Source of the DNA: an uncultured Gammaproteobacteria bacterium
GTDB lineage: Bacteria; Pseudomonadota; Gammaproteobacteria; DRLM01
Assembly: GCA_963729605.1 (NCBI GenBank)
Contig: CAVSNY010000007.1
Location: 672,001 to 736,000, forward strand
DNA length: 64,000 nucleotides
Direction of reading: 5' to 3'
Below the pieces are notes generated by a model. That model did no database searches. It was not told the DNA's origin and was given only the letters and a program-made list of their open reading frames with translations. The first letter of the stretch is position 1. Every line of letters starts with the position of its first letter. Made by a program: the position numbers and the translations under genes. Below are positions 1 through 11,235 of this stretch, piece by piece.

Positions 1-595
1 CGGTCGCCGCGGTCCGCAGGGCCAACCCGATGTTTTCGGTGTTGCCGGAAAAGGGGGCGCCGCTCATCAGGCTGTCGAACATGTCGCCCATGGTGCCGGT
101 ATAGGTTTTGGCGGTGCGGTCGGAAAACCAGGTGATGGCCGAGAGTTGTTTGTCGGCGCGGGTCACGATCAACCGCAAAATGGGGATCAGGAAGGACGAT
201 ACTCCATGCATGGATCCGGTGGCGTCCACCACCAAATGGAGGTCTTTGCCGGGGATGTCCTTAAGGCCTTCGACGAAAAGATCGAAATCTTTGCGCCCGA
301 TATTGGCCGATTCCAGGATGATCTCGATTTCCCCCTCGGGGTCGGTGACCAGGATCTTTTCCAGGTTTTGCTTGATGCGGTCTTTGTCGGTCTCCGCCAC
401 GTTCAAGGCTTTTTGCAAGGCCTCCAATTCTTTTTTGAGTTTGGGTAGCTCGTTCTGTTCGGATATGCGCGACGTGATGAGTACCACCACCAGCAAAAAG
501 ATAAACGTGCCGAGCATCATCAGCGCGATGTCGGAAAAAATCTGGTAAGCGCTGGAAGACGCTTCCCGGCGGCGCTGGCGCGGATTAGAGGTCAT
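1..595 (-). CDS. MotB/ExbD-like single-TM protein with coiled coil and vWA domain (runs off window edge)
   Basis: Not in the ORF track; translated by hand from ATG at 595, overlapping the upstream TGA (ATGA): MTSNPRQRRREASSSAYQIFSDIALMMLGTFIFLLVVVL...LHLVVDATGSMHG...FSGNTENIGLAL. Asp in the TM segment; MIDAS-like D-x-T-x-S. Confidence 0.7.
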   Translation of the reverse strand, partial: MTSNPRQRRREASSSAYQIFSDIALMMLGTFIFLLVVVLITSRISEQNELPKLKKELEALQKALNVAETDKDRIKQNLEKILVTDPEGEIEIILESANIGRKDFDLFVEGLKDIPGKDLHLVVDATGSMHGVSSFLIPILRLIVTRADKQLSAITWFSDRTAKTYTGTMGDMFDSLMSGAPFSGNTENIGLALRTAAT

Positions 596-1638
596 TCTTT
601 GCGGGAGCGCGCGCTGTCCATGCTGCGTCTCAGCCGCGTCCACCAGGAGCGGTTGATCTTATTCATGACCCGGATCTCCTCCTTCAACAAATCGGAATAA
701 TAATGTTGCAGGACGACGGAGTCGCGCAGGGTGGCCTTATCCTGATCCTCCTCGCCGAGCCGGCTGAGTTGCTGGGCGACTTGGCGGAACTCCAGCATGG
801 ATTGCATCGACTCATGCATGGCGCTTTGCAGCGCGCGGACGTTTTCGCCCAGCAGGGTGATTTCCTTATTTAAGAGTTGCACGTCGCGTTCCAGGGTGGG
901 TTTTAAATCCGCCGTGCAATAGACCGTGCAAATGCGTTTAACCACCTCCGACAGCCCTTCGATACCATGGTCGGTGATCAAGGCGAAGATGCGCAGCAAG
1001 ACGCCGCCCAATACCGAGCCGAGCAGGGTGGTGTAGAACGCGGTGCCCATCCCGCTCATGGCTTGCCGCAATCCGGTCAAGAGCCGCGTCTCGTCATGCC
1101 CCAGGGCGTCGAGCGAGGTGGTGAGGCCGGTCAAGGTGATGCTCAGTCCTACTACGGTACCGATCAGGCCGAGGGTGATCAGCAGATTGCCGACCATCTC
1201 GACCGAATTGCTGGTGCGATAATAACTGGCGAATTCGATGTCGATCAGCGACTCGATATTGGGTTGATCGTTATTTTTGACGATCTCTTTCAACGAGTTG
1301 AAGAAGCGGTCAACCGCGCGGTTGGTTTTATTGGGGTTCAATCCGTGCAGGCCGTTATTTCTGGCGATGCCCCCCAGCTGGGAGGCGCGGAGCGCTTCTT
1401 CGGTGATGGTGACGGCCAAACTAAAACTGATGACGATGCCCAGGATGAACAGCGCCATGATAATCCAGGTGATTCTGCTCTTGTCATCTTTGATGTAGTC
1501 GACGAGATTGGTGTCGAAATAGAGAGCGAAATGGATGGCGAGCGCCGTGGACGCCCATATCAGCCAAAGAAAAATGGTGCGGAAGGCCTTTTCTTGCACC
1601 AGCTGCTTATGGTCGTTCTTGCGCATACCGCTGTTCAT
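592..1638 (-). CDS. MotA/TolQ/ExbB proton-channel family protein
   Basis: GNLLITLGLIGTVVGL and GMGTAFYTTLLG motifs, several TM segments; start placed at MNSG after an AAGGA RBS. Confidence 0.8.
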   Translation of the reverse strand: MNSGMRKNDHKQLVQEKAFRTIFLWLIWASTALAIHFALYFDTNLVDYIKDDKSRITWIIMALFILGIVISFSLAVTITEEALRASQLGGIARNNGLHGLNPNKTNRAVDRFFNSLKEIVKNNDQPNIESLIDIEFASYYRTSNSVEMVGNLLITLGLIGTVVGLSITLTGLTTSLDALGHDETRLLTGLRQAMSGMGTAFYTTLLGSVLGGVLLRIFALITDHGIEGLSEVVKRICTVYCTADLKPTLERDVQLLNKEITLLGENVRALQSAMHESMQSMLEFRQVAQQLSRLGEEDQDKATLRDSVVLQHYYSDLLKEEIRVMNKINRSWWTRLRRSMDSARSRKE

Positions 1639-1886
1639 GGGTGTCCTTGGATAGGGTCTAGGGACGAGCAGAGTGCGCGCGCCGGTGGCCCGCACATCGC
1701 CTTCTTCACGTTCAGGAGAAGGAATTTTTATTATCAGCGGATTCTTTATTACCCGGGGCCTAGCGTCAAGCAGGGCGTGATGCCGGCGCCGGGGATGGAT
1801 AGGAATGCAAAGGATGGCCCCGTATCGGCTTGGCAGCAGGTGTAGGGCGCGATGGGCATCCCGGCCCCCTGGCCTGGGTCAATATC

Positions 1887-1990
1887 ATGTGCCGCCATTT
1901 TTCGATGTGTCAGCCATTGAAAAGGGAGGAAGCGAAGATCACCTGGTTGCTTTCCAGGTGCTGAAAATTCCAGGGTGGAGCTATTCAGAA
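1887..1990 (-). repeat. MITE-like ~150 bp repeat, partial copy 1 (inverted)
   Basis: atgtgccgccattt...ccattgaaaa...gaagcgaa...ctgaaaattccagg...tattcag matches the reverse complement of 55531-55680. Confidence 0.7.
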
Positions 1991-2023
1991 ATAGCTGAGC
2001 GCGACGTAGGCCGGTAAAACGGT

Positions 2024-2052
2024 ACGCAACCGGGGCTCGCCCCCGGTTGCGT
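2024..2052 (-). terminator. Hairpin, probable terminator of the small ORF
   Basis: 12-bp stem ACGCAACCGGGG / CCCCGGTTGCGT, followed by a short T run on the minus strand. Confidence 0.5.
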
Positions 2053-2087
2053 CATAGATGTTGGTGAACTAACGTAGCTTATTGTTT

Positions 2088-2198
2088 TTACATAGAGATG
2101 GATACAGCCAGAAAGTACAGGGCGGTAAAAATGACGGTAAGCCCGATGACGATGACGCCATCTTGTTTGCTGATATCTTGCCAATTGTTATTCGACAT
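2088..2198 (-). CDS. 36-aa single-TM small protein
   Basis: MSNNNWQDISKQDGVIVIGLTVIFTALYFLAVSISM, AAGGAG RBS, downstream hairpin. Confidence 0.6.
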   Translation of the reverse strand: MSNNNWQDISKQDGVIVIGLTVIFTALYFLAVSISM

Positions 2199-2359
2199 AT
2201 TTCTCTCCTTCCCCTTACGACAATAAACCGTAAAAAATTTAATTGAATAGGTGACTAAAACACTTTGTTTTTTACACACAGATAAAGGCCGCGTCAAGCG
2301 TTTGTTGGCGGGAGGTTTGGGCTTAAAGACCGCTGATAGTCACGCGGCCCGGTCGGCGG

Positions 2360-3731
<1,372 letters not shown>

Positions 3732-3735
<4 letters not shown>

Positions 3736-5087
3736 GGCGCCGGTTTGGCCGCCGCGCCGCCGACGATGACGGTGACCATGCGTTGCGGATCGATGCGGCG
3801 CTGGAAGGCGTCACGGATATGGGCCGTCGTGACCGCTTCGACGCGCTTATTGAAGGTGTCCAGATAATCCAGCGGCAATCGGTAAAAACCGATCATCGCC
3901 AGGTTATCGACGATTTTGCTGTTGCTGTCCAGCCGCAGGGCGAAACCGCCGGTGATGTTTTTCTTGGCGGCGGTCAGCTCGGTTTCCTTCGGGCCTTTGG
4001 CGATGAACTCCTGCATGACGTCCTGCAACACCGTCAGGGCCTGATCGGCTTGATCGTTGCGGGTTTGCAAGCCGGCGGTGAACGGCCCGGCGGCGCGCAT
4101 GGGAATGAAGTAGCTGTACGAACTGTAGGACAGGCCGCGTTTTTCCCGCACCTCGTCGCTGATGCGCGAGACCAGGCCGCTGCCGCCGAGGATGTGATTG
4201 CCGACGTAGAGCGGGAAATAATCGGGATCGTCGCGGGTGAGGCCGGGCTGGCCGAGCAGGATATGGGTCTGCCCCGAGGGATAGTCGATGCGGGTGATTT
4301 CGCCCTCGGCGGGCAGTTTAGCCGGAGGAACGGCGGCGGGCGCGGTCCCTTCCGGTAATTGTCCGACCACCTGTTCGGCGATCCTCTCCGCGCCGGCGCG
4401 GTCCAGTGCGCCGACGATGGCGACCGTGGCATTCCGCGCGACGTAATAACGCCGGTAAAAATTCACGAGGTCGTCGCGGCTCAGGGCCTTGATGCTGGCT
4501 TCGGTGCCGAGCGGCGGCGTGCCGTAGGGATGGCCGGGATACAGCGCGGCGAAAAAGGCCTTGCTGGCGATGTCTTCCGGCGATTCTTCCTGCGAACGCA
4601 AGGCCACCAGGGTGCGGGTGCGCTCGCGCTCGAAGGCGTCGGCGGGGAAGGTGGGTTGGGTCAGCACCGTGGTCAGGGTGTCGAGGGCTGGATTCAGCAG
4701 GCTGGGTTCGGTGAGGCTGCGCAGACTGACGATGGCCATGTCCCGTTGCGCGCTGCCGCCGAATTGCGCGCCGAGTCCTTCGAAGCGTTCGGCGATTTGA
4801 TCGGCGTTGAGCTCGCCCGCGCCCTCGCCGAGCAGGCCGTTGGTGAGTTGGGCCACGCCGTCCTTGCCGTCATCTTTGGCGCTGCCGGCATCGAATACTA
4901 TCCGAATATTGACCATGGGCAGCTCGGGCGCCGGCACGAAATACACCCGCGCGCCGTTGGCGGTGGTCCAGGTTTCGATTTTGGGCGAGGCCGCGGTGAC
5001 GGTGGCGGTGAACAGGCCGGCGAGGGCGACGCCGAGCAGCGCCCAGCGCCGGGCCGTCGTTTTGATGGTGCCTGATTTAACGTACAT
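3732..5087 (-). CDS. M16 peptidase, non-catalytic subunit
   Basis: Signal peptide, M16 fold motifs, REKRGLSY; lacks HxxEH. Confidence 0.88.
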
Positions 5088-6465
5088 GGTTGTCGCCCCC
5101 TTGCTGACTCTGTTGCATGCGTCGCGCGCGTTCTTCATCGATGGGTTGCGGATCGAGCACCGCCACCGTCAGACCGTCGTCGACCAGATATTTGCGCGCC
5201 ACCTCGCGCACCTGTTCGGCGGTCACCGCCTTGACGCGTTCGAGATACTGCTCGCCGATCTTCCAACTGAGGCCCATCGACTCCAGCGAGCCGATCTTCA
5301 TGGCCTGATAAAACACCGAGTCGAGCTGATATACGTCGCCGGCCATCACCTGCGCCTTGACCCGTTTGAGCTCGTCTTCGCTCACCAGCTCGTCGCGCAC
5401 CCGTTTGACCTGCTCGCGCAGCGCCTGCTCCAGTTCGGCGATGTCGTGGCCTTGGCTCGGCGTGCCGTCGATGATGAACAGGCTTTGGTCGCGGGAATCC
5501 AGGTCGTAACCGGCGCCGGCCCGGGCGGCGATCTGGGTGTCGCGCACCAGGTGTTTGGCGAAACGGGCGCTGCTGCCGCCGTCGAGTATGCCGGCCAGCA
5601 CTTCGAGGGCATAAGGTTCCCATTCGTCGGGATCGGCGGTGCGCGGGGGGACTTTGTAGCCCATTATCAAATAAGGCAGTTCGGCGGGGGCCTTGACGGT
5701 GATGCGGCGGGTACCCACTTGGGCGATTTCCTGGCGCTGTTTGAGCGGTTCGATCTTGCTGGGTTTGAGCGGGCCGAAATGTTTCTTGGCGAGGGCCAGC
5801 ACCTGTTGCGGATCGACGTCGCCCGCCACCACCAGTATCGCGTTATTGGGGGCGTACCACAGACTGTACCAGCGTTTGAGATCCTCGGCCTGAAGGGTTT
5901 CCAAATCGCCCATCCAACCGATGACCGGAATGCGATAGGGGCTGTTCAAATAGGCCACGGCGTTGAATTGTTCATACGTGAGGGCTTGCGGATTGTCGTC
6001 GGTGCGCATGCGCCGCTCCTCCATCACCACCTTCACCTCCTTGGCGAACTCCTCGGGCTTGAGCAGCAGGTGGCGCATGCGGTCGGCTTCCAGCTTGAAG
6101 CTGATTTCGAGGCGGCTCTTTTCCAGCTGCTGGAAATAGGCGGTGTAATCGCGGCTGGTGAAGGCGTTTTCCCGGCCGCCGTTTTCGGCGATGATGCGCG
6201 AGAATTCATTGGGGCCGTAGTTTTTAGTGCCTTTGAACATCATGTGTTCGAGCACGTGGGAGATCCCGGTGATGCCGTCGTGCTCGTAGCTGCTGCCGAC
6301 CTTGTACCACACTTGCGAGACCAGGACCGGCGAGCGGTGATCTTCCTTGACGATCACCTTCATGCCGTTGTCGAGCCGGTATTCGTGGACCGCGCCGCCG
6401 GATTGGGCGAGGCCGTTCAAGGGAAACAACAAACACAGCAGCATCAACGTTTTTAAATTTCGCAT
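5077..6465 (-). CDS. M16 zinc peptidase, catalytic subunit
   Basis: SHVLEHMMFKGT (HxxEH), NAFTSRDYT. Confidence 0.92.
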   Translation of the reverse strand: MRNLKTLMLLCLLFPLNGLAQSGGAVHEYRLDNGMKVIVKEDHRSPVLVSQVWYKVGSSYEHDGITGISHVLEHMMFKGTKNYGPNEFSRIIAENGGRENAFTSRDYTAYFQQLEKSRLEISFKLEADRMRHLLLKPEEFAKEVKVVMEERRMRTDDNPQALTYEQFNAVAYLNSPYRIPVIGWMGDLETLQAEDLKRWYSLWYAPNNAILVVAGDVDPQQVLALAKKHFGPLKPSKIEPLKQRQEIAQVGTRRITVKAPAELPYLIMGYKVPPRTADPDEWEPYALEVLAGILDGGSSARFAKHLVRDTQIAARAGAGYDLDSRDQSLFIIDGTPSQGHDIAELEQALREQVKRVRDELVSEDELKRVKAQVMAGDVYQLDSVFYQAMKIGSLESMGLSWKIGEQYLERVKAVTAEQVREVARKYLVDDGLTVAVLDPQPIDEERARRMQQSQQGGDNHVR

Positions 6466-6603
6466 ATTCGGTTCCCTGTATTGCCGACTTACCCGGTGGA
6501 CGGAGGGGTGATAGGATAGCCTATCGGTCCGGCGGGGGGCCATGTTCTTTCCGCCGGCTCTTTATCCTCCACGTTAACGTGTCAGCTACGACTACGGTTG
6601 CTT

Positions 6604-7596
6604 ATGTTTGGTTTCAAAAAAGATCGCGCCACCCCGGCGGACGAGGCCCCGCGTCCCGGCCTGTTTCAACGTCTCAAACAACGTCTCGCCCGCACCCGCG
6701 GCAGCCTCACCGACGGGTTGGCGCGTCTGGTGTTGGGCAAAAAGGTCATCGACGAGGACGTGCTCGAGGAGATCGAGACCCGTTTGCTGACGGCCGACGT
6801 CGGCGCCGAGGCTACCGCGCGCATCATCCAGGATCTCACCGCGCGGGTGCGGCGCAAACAATTGGCCGACGCCGAGGCCCTGCTCGCCGCGTTGAAAGAA
6901 GACATGCAGGCCATCCTCGCGCCGTGCAATGTGCCGCTGGTGATCCCGGCCGGGGTGCGGCCCTTCGTGATCCTCATGGTTGGTGTGAACGGGGTGGGCA
7001 AGACCACCACCATCGGCAAGCTGGCCAAGCGTTTTCAGGCCGACGGCCTGTCGGTGATGCTGGCCGCCGGCGATACCTTCCGCGCCGCGGCGGTGGAGCA
7101 GCTGGAGACTTGGGGCGAGCGCAACGGCGTGGCGGTGGTGGCGCAGGCCCGCAACGCCGATCCGGCCTCGGTGGTGTACGACGCCTTGCAAGCCGCCAAG
7201 GCGCGCGGCATCGACGTGTTGATCGCCGACACCGCCGGCCGTCTGCATACCCAGGCCAATCTGATGGAAGAGTTGAAGAAGGTAAAACGGGTGCTGGGCA
7301 AGCTGGAGCCCAGCGCGCCCCACGAGACCCTGCTGGTGATCGACGCCGGCACCGGTCAGAATGCCTTGAATCAGGCCCGCCAGTTCCACGAGGCGGTGGG
7401 CTTGACCGGCATCACCCTCAGCAAACTCGACGGCACCGCCAAGGGCGGCATCATCTTCGCCATCGCCGAACAAATGAAGTTGCCGATCCGTTTCATCGGC
7501 GTCGGCGAGGGTATCGACGATCTGCGTCCCTTCGACGCCGAGGACTTCGTCGAGGCCTTGTTCGCCGGGGAGACGGCGGAGGAAGAACGGAGTTAA
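6604..7596 (+). CDS. ftsY: SRP receptor FtsY
   Basis: GVNGVGKTTTIGKLA, DTFRAAA, DTAGR, KLDGTAKGG. Confidence 0.97.
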   Translation: MFGFKKDRATPADEAPRPGLFQRLKQRLARTRGSLTDGLARLVLGKKVIDEDVLEEIETRLLTADVGAEATARIIQDLTARVRRKQLADAEALLAALKEDMQAILAPCNVPLVIPAGVRPFVILMVGVNGVGKTTTIGKLAKRFQADGLSVMLAAGDTFRAAAVEQLETWGERNGVAVVAQARNADPASVVYDALQAAKARGIDVLIADTAGRLHTQANLMEELKKVKRVLGKLEPSAPHETLLVIDAGTGQNALNQARQFHEAVGLTGITLSKLDGTAKGGIIFAIAEQMKLPIRFIGVGEGIDDLRPFDAEDFVEALFAGETAEEERS

Positions 7597-7627
7597 GCTC
7601 CGCTCCATTTAAAGAGCGCCTTCCAGC

Positions 7628-8308
7628 ATGATTGAATTTCGCAATGTGGGAAAACGCTATCCCAGCGGCCACGCGGCGCTCAACGAGGTGAGCTTCATTC
7701 TCGCGCGCGGCGAGATGGCCTTTCTCACCGGCCATTCCGGCGCGGGCAAAAGCACCTTGCTGAAACTCATCGGCCTCATCGAGCGCCCCAGCAGCGGCGA
7801 GGTGGTCGTCAACCAACGCAATCTCAATCGCCTGGAGCGGCGGCACATCCCTTATCACCGCCGCAGTCTCGGCATGATCTTTCAGGATTACCGCCTGCTG
7901 CAAGACCGCACGGTGTTCGACAACGTGGCATTGCCGCTGGTGATCGGCGGCGAATACGATCAGCGCGAGACCGGCCGCCGGGTGCGCGCCGCGCTGGATA
8001 AAGTGGGTTTGCTCGGCAAGGAAAAATATTATCCCGTCGAACTCTCCGGCGGCGAGCAGCAGCGGGTGGGTATCGCCCGCGCCGTGGTGCATAAGCCGGT
8101 ACTGCTGCTGGCCGACGAGCCCACCGGCAATCTCGACCCGGATCTGTCGCGGGAGATCATGGCCCTGTTCGAGGCCTTTCAGCGGGTGGGCGTCACGGTG
8201 CTGATCGCCAGTCACGATCACGACCTGATCGCCCGCATGAACCACCGGGTACTGACCCTCCAGCACGGCAATCTGCTCAACGGCGCCGCGGAGGCGCCGG
8301 CCCCATGA
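7628..8308 (+). CDS. ftsE: Cell division ATP-binding protein FtsE
   Basis: [17 protein letters not shown]; between ftsY and ftsX. Confidence 0.95.
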   Translation: MIEFRNVGKRYPSGHAALNEVSFILARGEMAFLTGHSGAGKSTLLKLIGLIERPSSGEVVVNQRNLNRLERRHIPYHRRSLGMIFQDYRLLQDRTVFDNVALPLVIGGEYDQRETGRRVRAALDKVGLLGKEKYYPVELSGGEQQRVGIARAVVHKPVLLLADEPTGNLDPDLSREIMALFEAFQRVGVTVLIASHDHDLIARMNHRVLTLQHGNLLNGAAEAPAP

Positions 8309-9303
8309 CGCGTCGCGGTGAACCCGGGCAGGAAGCGGAGAGGCCGCGCGCCGCGCCGCGCAAGGCCGGTCCGCGCCAGCGCGGGCTGGAGAATTATTTC
8401 ACCCACCACTTGCGCGCCCTCTTTGCCAGCCTCGGCCAACTGGTGCGGGCGCCGCTAGCCACCTTGATGACCGCGGCGGTGATCGGCATCGCCCTGGCCC
8501 TGCCCGCCGGGTTTCACGCCCTGCTCGCCAGCGTGCAGACGGTGGCCGCGGGTTGGCAAGGGGATATGGCGCAGATCTCGCTTTTTTTGAAACCGTCGAT
8601 TAAAGAGGATCAGGCCGCCGCCATGGCTAAGCGGTTGCGCGCTAAGCCCGAGGTGGCCGACGTGCGTTACATCTCGCCGCAACAGGCGCTGGCGGAGTTC
8701 GAGCAATCCTCTGGCCTGCGCGACGCGCTGGCCTACTTGAACGAGAATCCGCTGCCGGCGGTGCTGGTGGTGCGTCCGGCGGAGCAATACGGCACGCCCG
8801 CCGCAGCCCGCGAGTTGTTGCAGCGTTTGGGGGCCATGGCCGAAGTGGATAGCGCTCAGCTGGACCTGGCCTGGCTGGAGCGCCTGCACGCCATGGTCGG
8901 TCTCGCCGTCCGCGGCGTGTGGCTGCTGGCGGGGGTGTTGGCGGTGGGGGTGTTATTGGTGGTGGGCAACACCATCCGCCTCGGTATACAAAATCGCCGG
9001 GAAGAGATTATCGTCACCAAACTCCTCGGCGCCACCGACGGCTTCATCCGCCGGCCCTTCGTATATGGCGGCATGTGGTACGGCCTGTTCGGCGGCTTGA
9101 TCGCCCTGGTGGTGGTGAACGGCCTGTTATTGAGCCTGGGCGGCCCGGCGCAACAATTGGCGGCGCTCTATCACAGTCCTTTTCGTCTGGAGCTGTTGGA
9201 CGGCCCGGCCAGCCTGATGGTATTGGGCGCCGGCGCCGTCTTGGGCTGGCTGGGGGCCTGGCTGGCGGTCAGCCGCCATTTGCGGGACGTCGAGCCGGTG
9301 TGA
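8305..9303 (+). CDS. ftsX: Cell division permease FtsX
   Basis: ENPLP, NTIRL, LGATDGFIRRPF. Confidence 0.95.
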   Translation: MTRRGEPGQEAERPRAAPRKAGPRQRGLENYFTHHLRALFASLGQLVRAPLATLMTAAVIGIALALPAGFHALLASVQTVAAGWQGDMAQISLFLKPSIKEDQAAAMAKRLRAKPEVADVRYISPQQALAEFEQSSGLRDALAYLNENPLPAVLVVRPAEQYGTPAAARELLQRLGAMAEVDSAQLDLAWLERLHAMVGLAVRGVWLLAGVLAVGVLLVVGNTIRLGIQNRREEIIVTKLLGATDGFIRRPFVYGGMWYGLFGGLIALVVVNGLLLSLGGPAQQLAALYHSPFRLELLDGPASLMVLGAGAVLGWLGAWLAVSRHLRDVEPV

Positions 9304-9316
9304 CCGGCCGGATGAG

Positions 9317-9344
9317 GAACTTCCGTCTGACCTTAGCACTCATA
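9317..9344 (+). promoter_or_regulatory. Putative sigmaE promoter of rpoH
   Basis: GAACTT-N17-TCATA, resembling the GAACTT...TCTGA consensus. Confidence 0.45.
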
Positions 9345-9359
9345 GGATTCGAGTGCTAA
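9333..9359. promoter_or_regulatory. CIRCE element (HrcA operator)
   Basis: Perfect TTAGCACTC-N9-GAGTGCTAA upstream of rpoH. Confidence 0.92.
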
Positions 9360-9399
9360 ACTTGTAAAGAACCATGGCGGCGGGGAGCGGAGTGCCGTG

Positions 9400-9415
9400 T
9401 GGATCGTGGTTTGCA
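9400..9415 (+). promoter_or_regulatory. Putative sigma54 -24/-12 promoter of rpoH
   Basis: TGGATCGTGGTTTGCA (GG-N10-GC). Confidence 0.5.
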
Positions 9416-9481
9416 TATTCAATGCCTTAAGCCCGGTGGGCGTCAATAGGACGTCGCCGGATTCCAGTAGGGGTGAACTGA

Positions 9482-10336
9482 ATGATTGAACAGAACAAGG
9501 GTTTGGAATTGGCCGTCCCGGTGGGCAGCCTGGAGGCCTACCAGCAGGTCATCAACCGTATCCCGGTGCTGACGGCGGAGGAAGAGCAGGCCCTCGCCCG
9601 CCGCCTGCGGGACGATAACGACCTGGAGGCCGCCCGCCAACTCATTTTGTCGCATTTGCGCTTCGTGGTCCGCATCGCTCGCGGTTACGCCGGTTATGGT
9701 TTGTCACATGCGGACTTGATTCAAGAAGGCAATGTCGGTCTGATGAAGGCGGTGAAGCGCTTCGACCCCGACATGAACGTGCGGCTGGTGTCCTTCGCCG
9801 TGCATTGGATCCGCGCCGAGATACATGAATTCATCCTGCGCAACTGGCGCATCGTCAAGGTCGCCACCACCAAGGCGCAGCGCAAGCTGTTCTTCAATCT
9901 GCGCAGCGCCAAGACCCGCTTGGGCTGGTTCACGCGCGACGAAGTGAACGCGGTGGCCAAAGACCTCGGTGTCAGCCCGGAGACCGTGGTGGAGATGGAG
10001 TCGCGCATGAGCGGTTACGACGCCTCGCTCTACGGCGAGACCGACGACAACGGCGACGAGCAGCACACCGCGCCCATCGCCTATCTCGCCGATCTCCGCG
10101 CCGATCCGGCCGAGCAGTTGGAGAGCGACAACTGGGACGATCATCACAGCGACAAACTCCACGAAGCCCTGGCCGGTCTCGATGACCGCAGCCGCGACAT
10201 CCTCTCGCGCCGCTGGCTGGCGGACAACAAGTCCACCCTGCATGAGCTGGCGGATCAGTATCAAGTATCGGCGGAACGCATCCGCCAGTTGGAGCAAAAT
10301 GCGATCAAGAAACTCAAGGTGGCCTTGGAGGCGTAA
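9482..10336 (+). CDS. rpoH: RNA polymerase sigma-32
   Basis: RpoH box [23 protein letters not shown]. Confidence 0.97.
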   Translation: MIEQNKGLELAVPVGSLEAYQQVINRIPVLTAEEEQALARRLRDDNDLEAARQLILSHLRFVVRIARGYAGYGLSHADLIQEGNVGLMKAVKRFDPDMNVRLVSFAVHWIRAEIHEFILRNWRIVKVATTKAQRKLFFNLRSAKTRLGWFTRDEVNAVAKDLGVSPETVVEMESRMSGYDASLYGETDDNGDEQHTAPIAYLADLRADPAEQLESDNWDDHHSDKLHEALAGLDDRSRDILSRRWLADNKSTLHELADQYQVSAERIRQLEQNAIKKLKVALEA

Positions 10337-10362
10337 ACGCCGGGCCGAGAGGGGATTAATAA

Positions 10363-10406
10363 AATAAAAAACGGACGGCGTCGCTCGGCGCCGTCCGTTT
10401 TTTATT
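10363..10406. terminator. Bidirectional intrinsic terminator between rpoH and bioD
   Basis: AAAAAACGGACGGCG...CGCCGTCCGTTTTTT. Confidence 0.85.
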
Positions 10407-10407
10407 A

Positions 10408-10554
10408 GGGGAGCTCTGAGTAATGCCCTCCTGGAGTTTTCAGGGCGAGGGCGGCGAAAAGCGGATTTCGCTGTCCGCCATTATCAATGGCTATCCCATG
10501 AAAATGGCGGCACAGCCCGGCGCCGCAGGAACCGCTGAATAAATTAGAGGCTCC
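10408..10554 (+). repeat. MITE-like ~150 bp repeat, copy 2
   Basis: ggggagctctgagtaat...ttcgctgtccgccatt...aaaatggcggcaca...gaataaattagaggctcc; imperfect terminal inverted repeats. Confidence 0.75.
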
Positions 10555-11235
10555 TCAGAGGGCGAGGAATGCCGCGAGACGCAATTCCGCCGCCAACGCC
10601 GCGCTATCCACGGCGGCGAGATGGGGAAACGTGGCTAGCCGCGGCGCGGCGAGCCGCGTCTCCAGCGTCGCGATGTTTTCCGCGAGCCGCTCCATCGCCG
10701 GATCGATGCCATTCGCCACCCAGCCCGCCAGCCGCGCGCCGCTGCGGTCGATGGCCTCACTGGTCAGCAGCGCATGATTGAGGCAGCCGAGCCGCATCCC
10801 CACCACGAGAATCACCGGCAGCCGCAGCGCCACCGCCAAATCCGCGAAACTTTCTTGCTCGTTGAGCGGCACCCGCCAGCCGCCGGCGCCTTCCACGATC
10901 ACGCACTCCGCCCGCGCGGCGAGCGGCGCGTAATGCGCGTGGAGCGTCGCCACGCTCAATTCCACGCCCGCCTCGCGTGCCGCGAGATGCGGCGCGATGG
11001 CGGCGGGCAGTGCAAAGGGATTCACCTCTTCATAACTCAGCGGGATATTACTCGCGGCGAGGAGTTGCAATGCATCGTCGTTGCGCCAGCCCTCGGCGGT
11101 GAGTACGCCGCCCGCCGCCACCGGCTTCATGCCCGCCACGCGTCGTCCCGTAGCCGCGAGGCGATGCACCAGTGCCGCCGCCGCCACGGTCTTGCCGACG
11201 CCGGTGTCGGTACCGGTGATGAAAAAACCGTTCAT
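10555..11235 (-). CDS. bioD: Dethiobiotin synthetase
   Basis: FITGTDTGVGKT, VEGAGG, LGCLNHALLT. Confidence 0.96.
   Translation of the reverse strand: MNGFFITGTDTGVGKTVAAAALVHRLAATGRRVAGMKPVAAGGVLTAEGWRNDDALQLLAASNIPLSYEEVNPFALPAAIAPHLAAREAGVELSVATLHAHYAPLAARAECVIVEGAGGWRVPLNEQESFADLAVALRLPVILVVGMRLGCLNHALLTSEAIDRSGARLAGWVANGIDPAMERLAENIATLETRLAAPRLATFPHLAAVDSAALAAELRLAAFLAL

Noticed and set aside
1-1638. Zorya (ZorAB) or flagellar stator call
   Set aside because: The partner has a vWA-like rather than OmpA domain, there is no long ZorA tail, and no zorC/D/E or flagellar genes are visible.
4807-6456. Long antisense or alternate-frame ORFs (this one, 36593-37483, 52465-53790 and others)
   Set aside because: Shadow ORFs typical of high-GC coding DNA overlapping well-supported genes.
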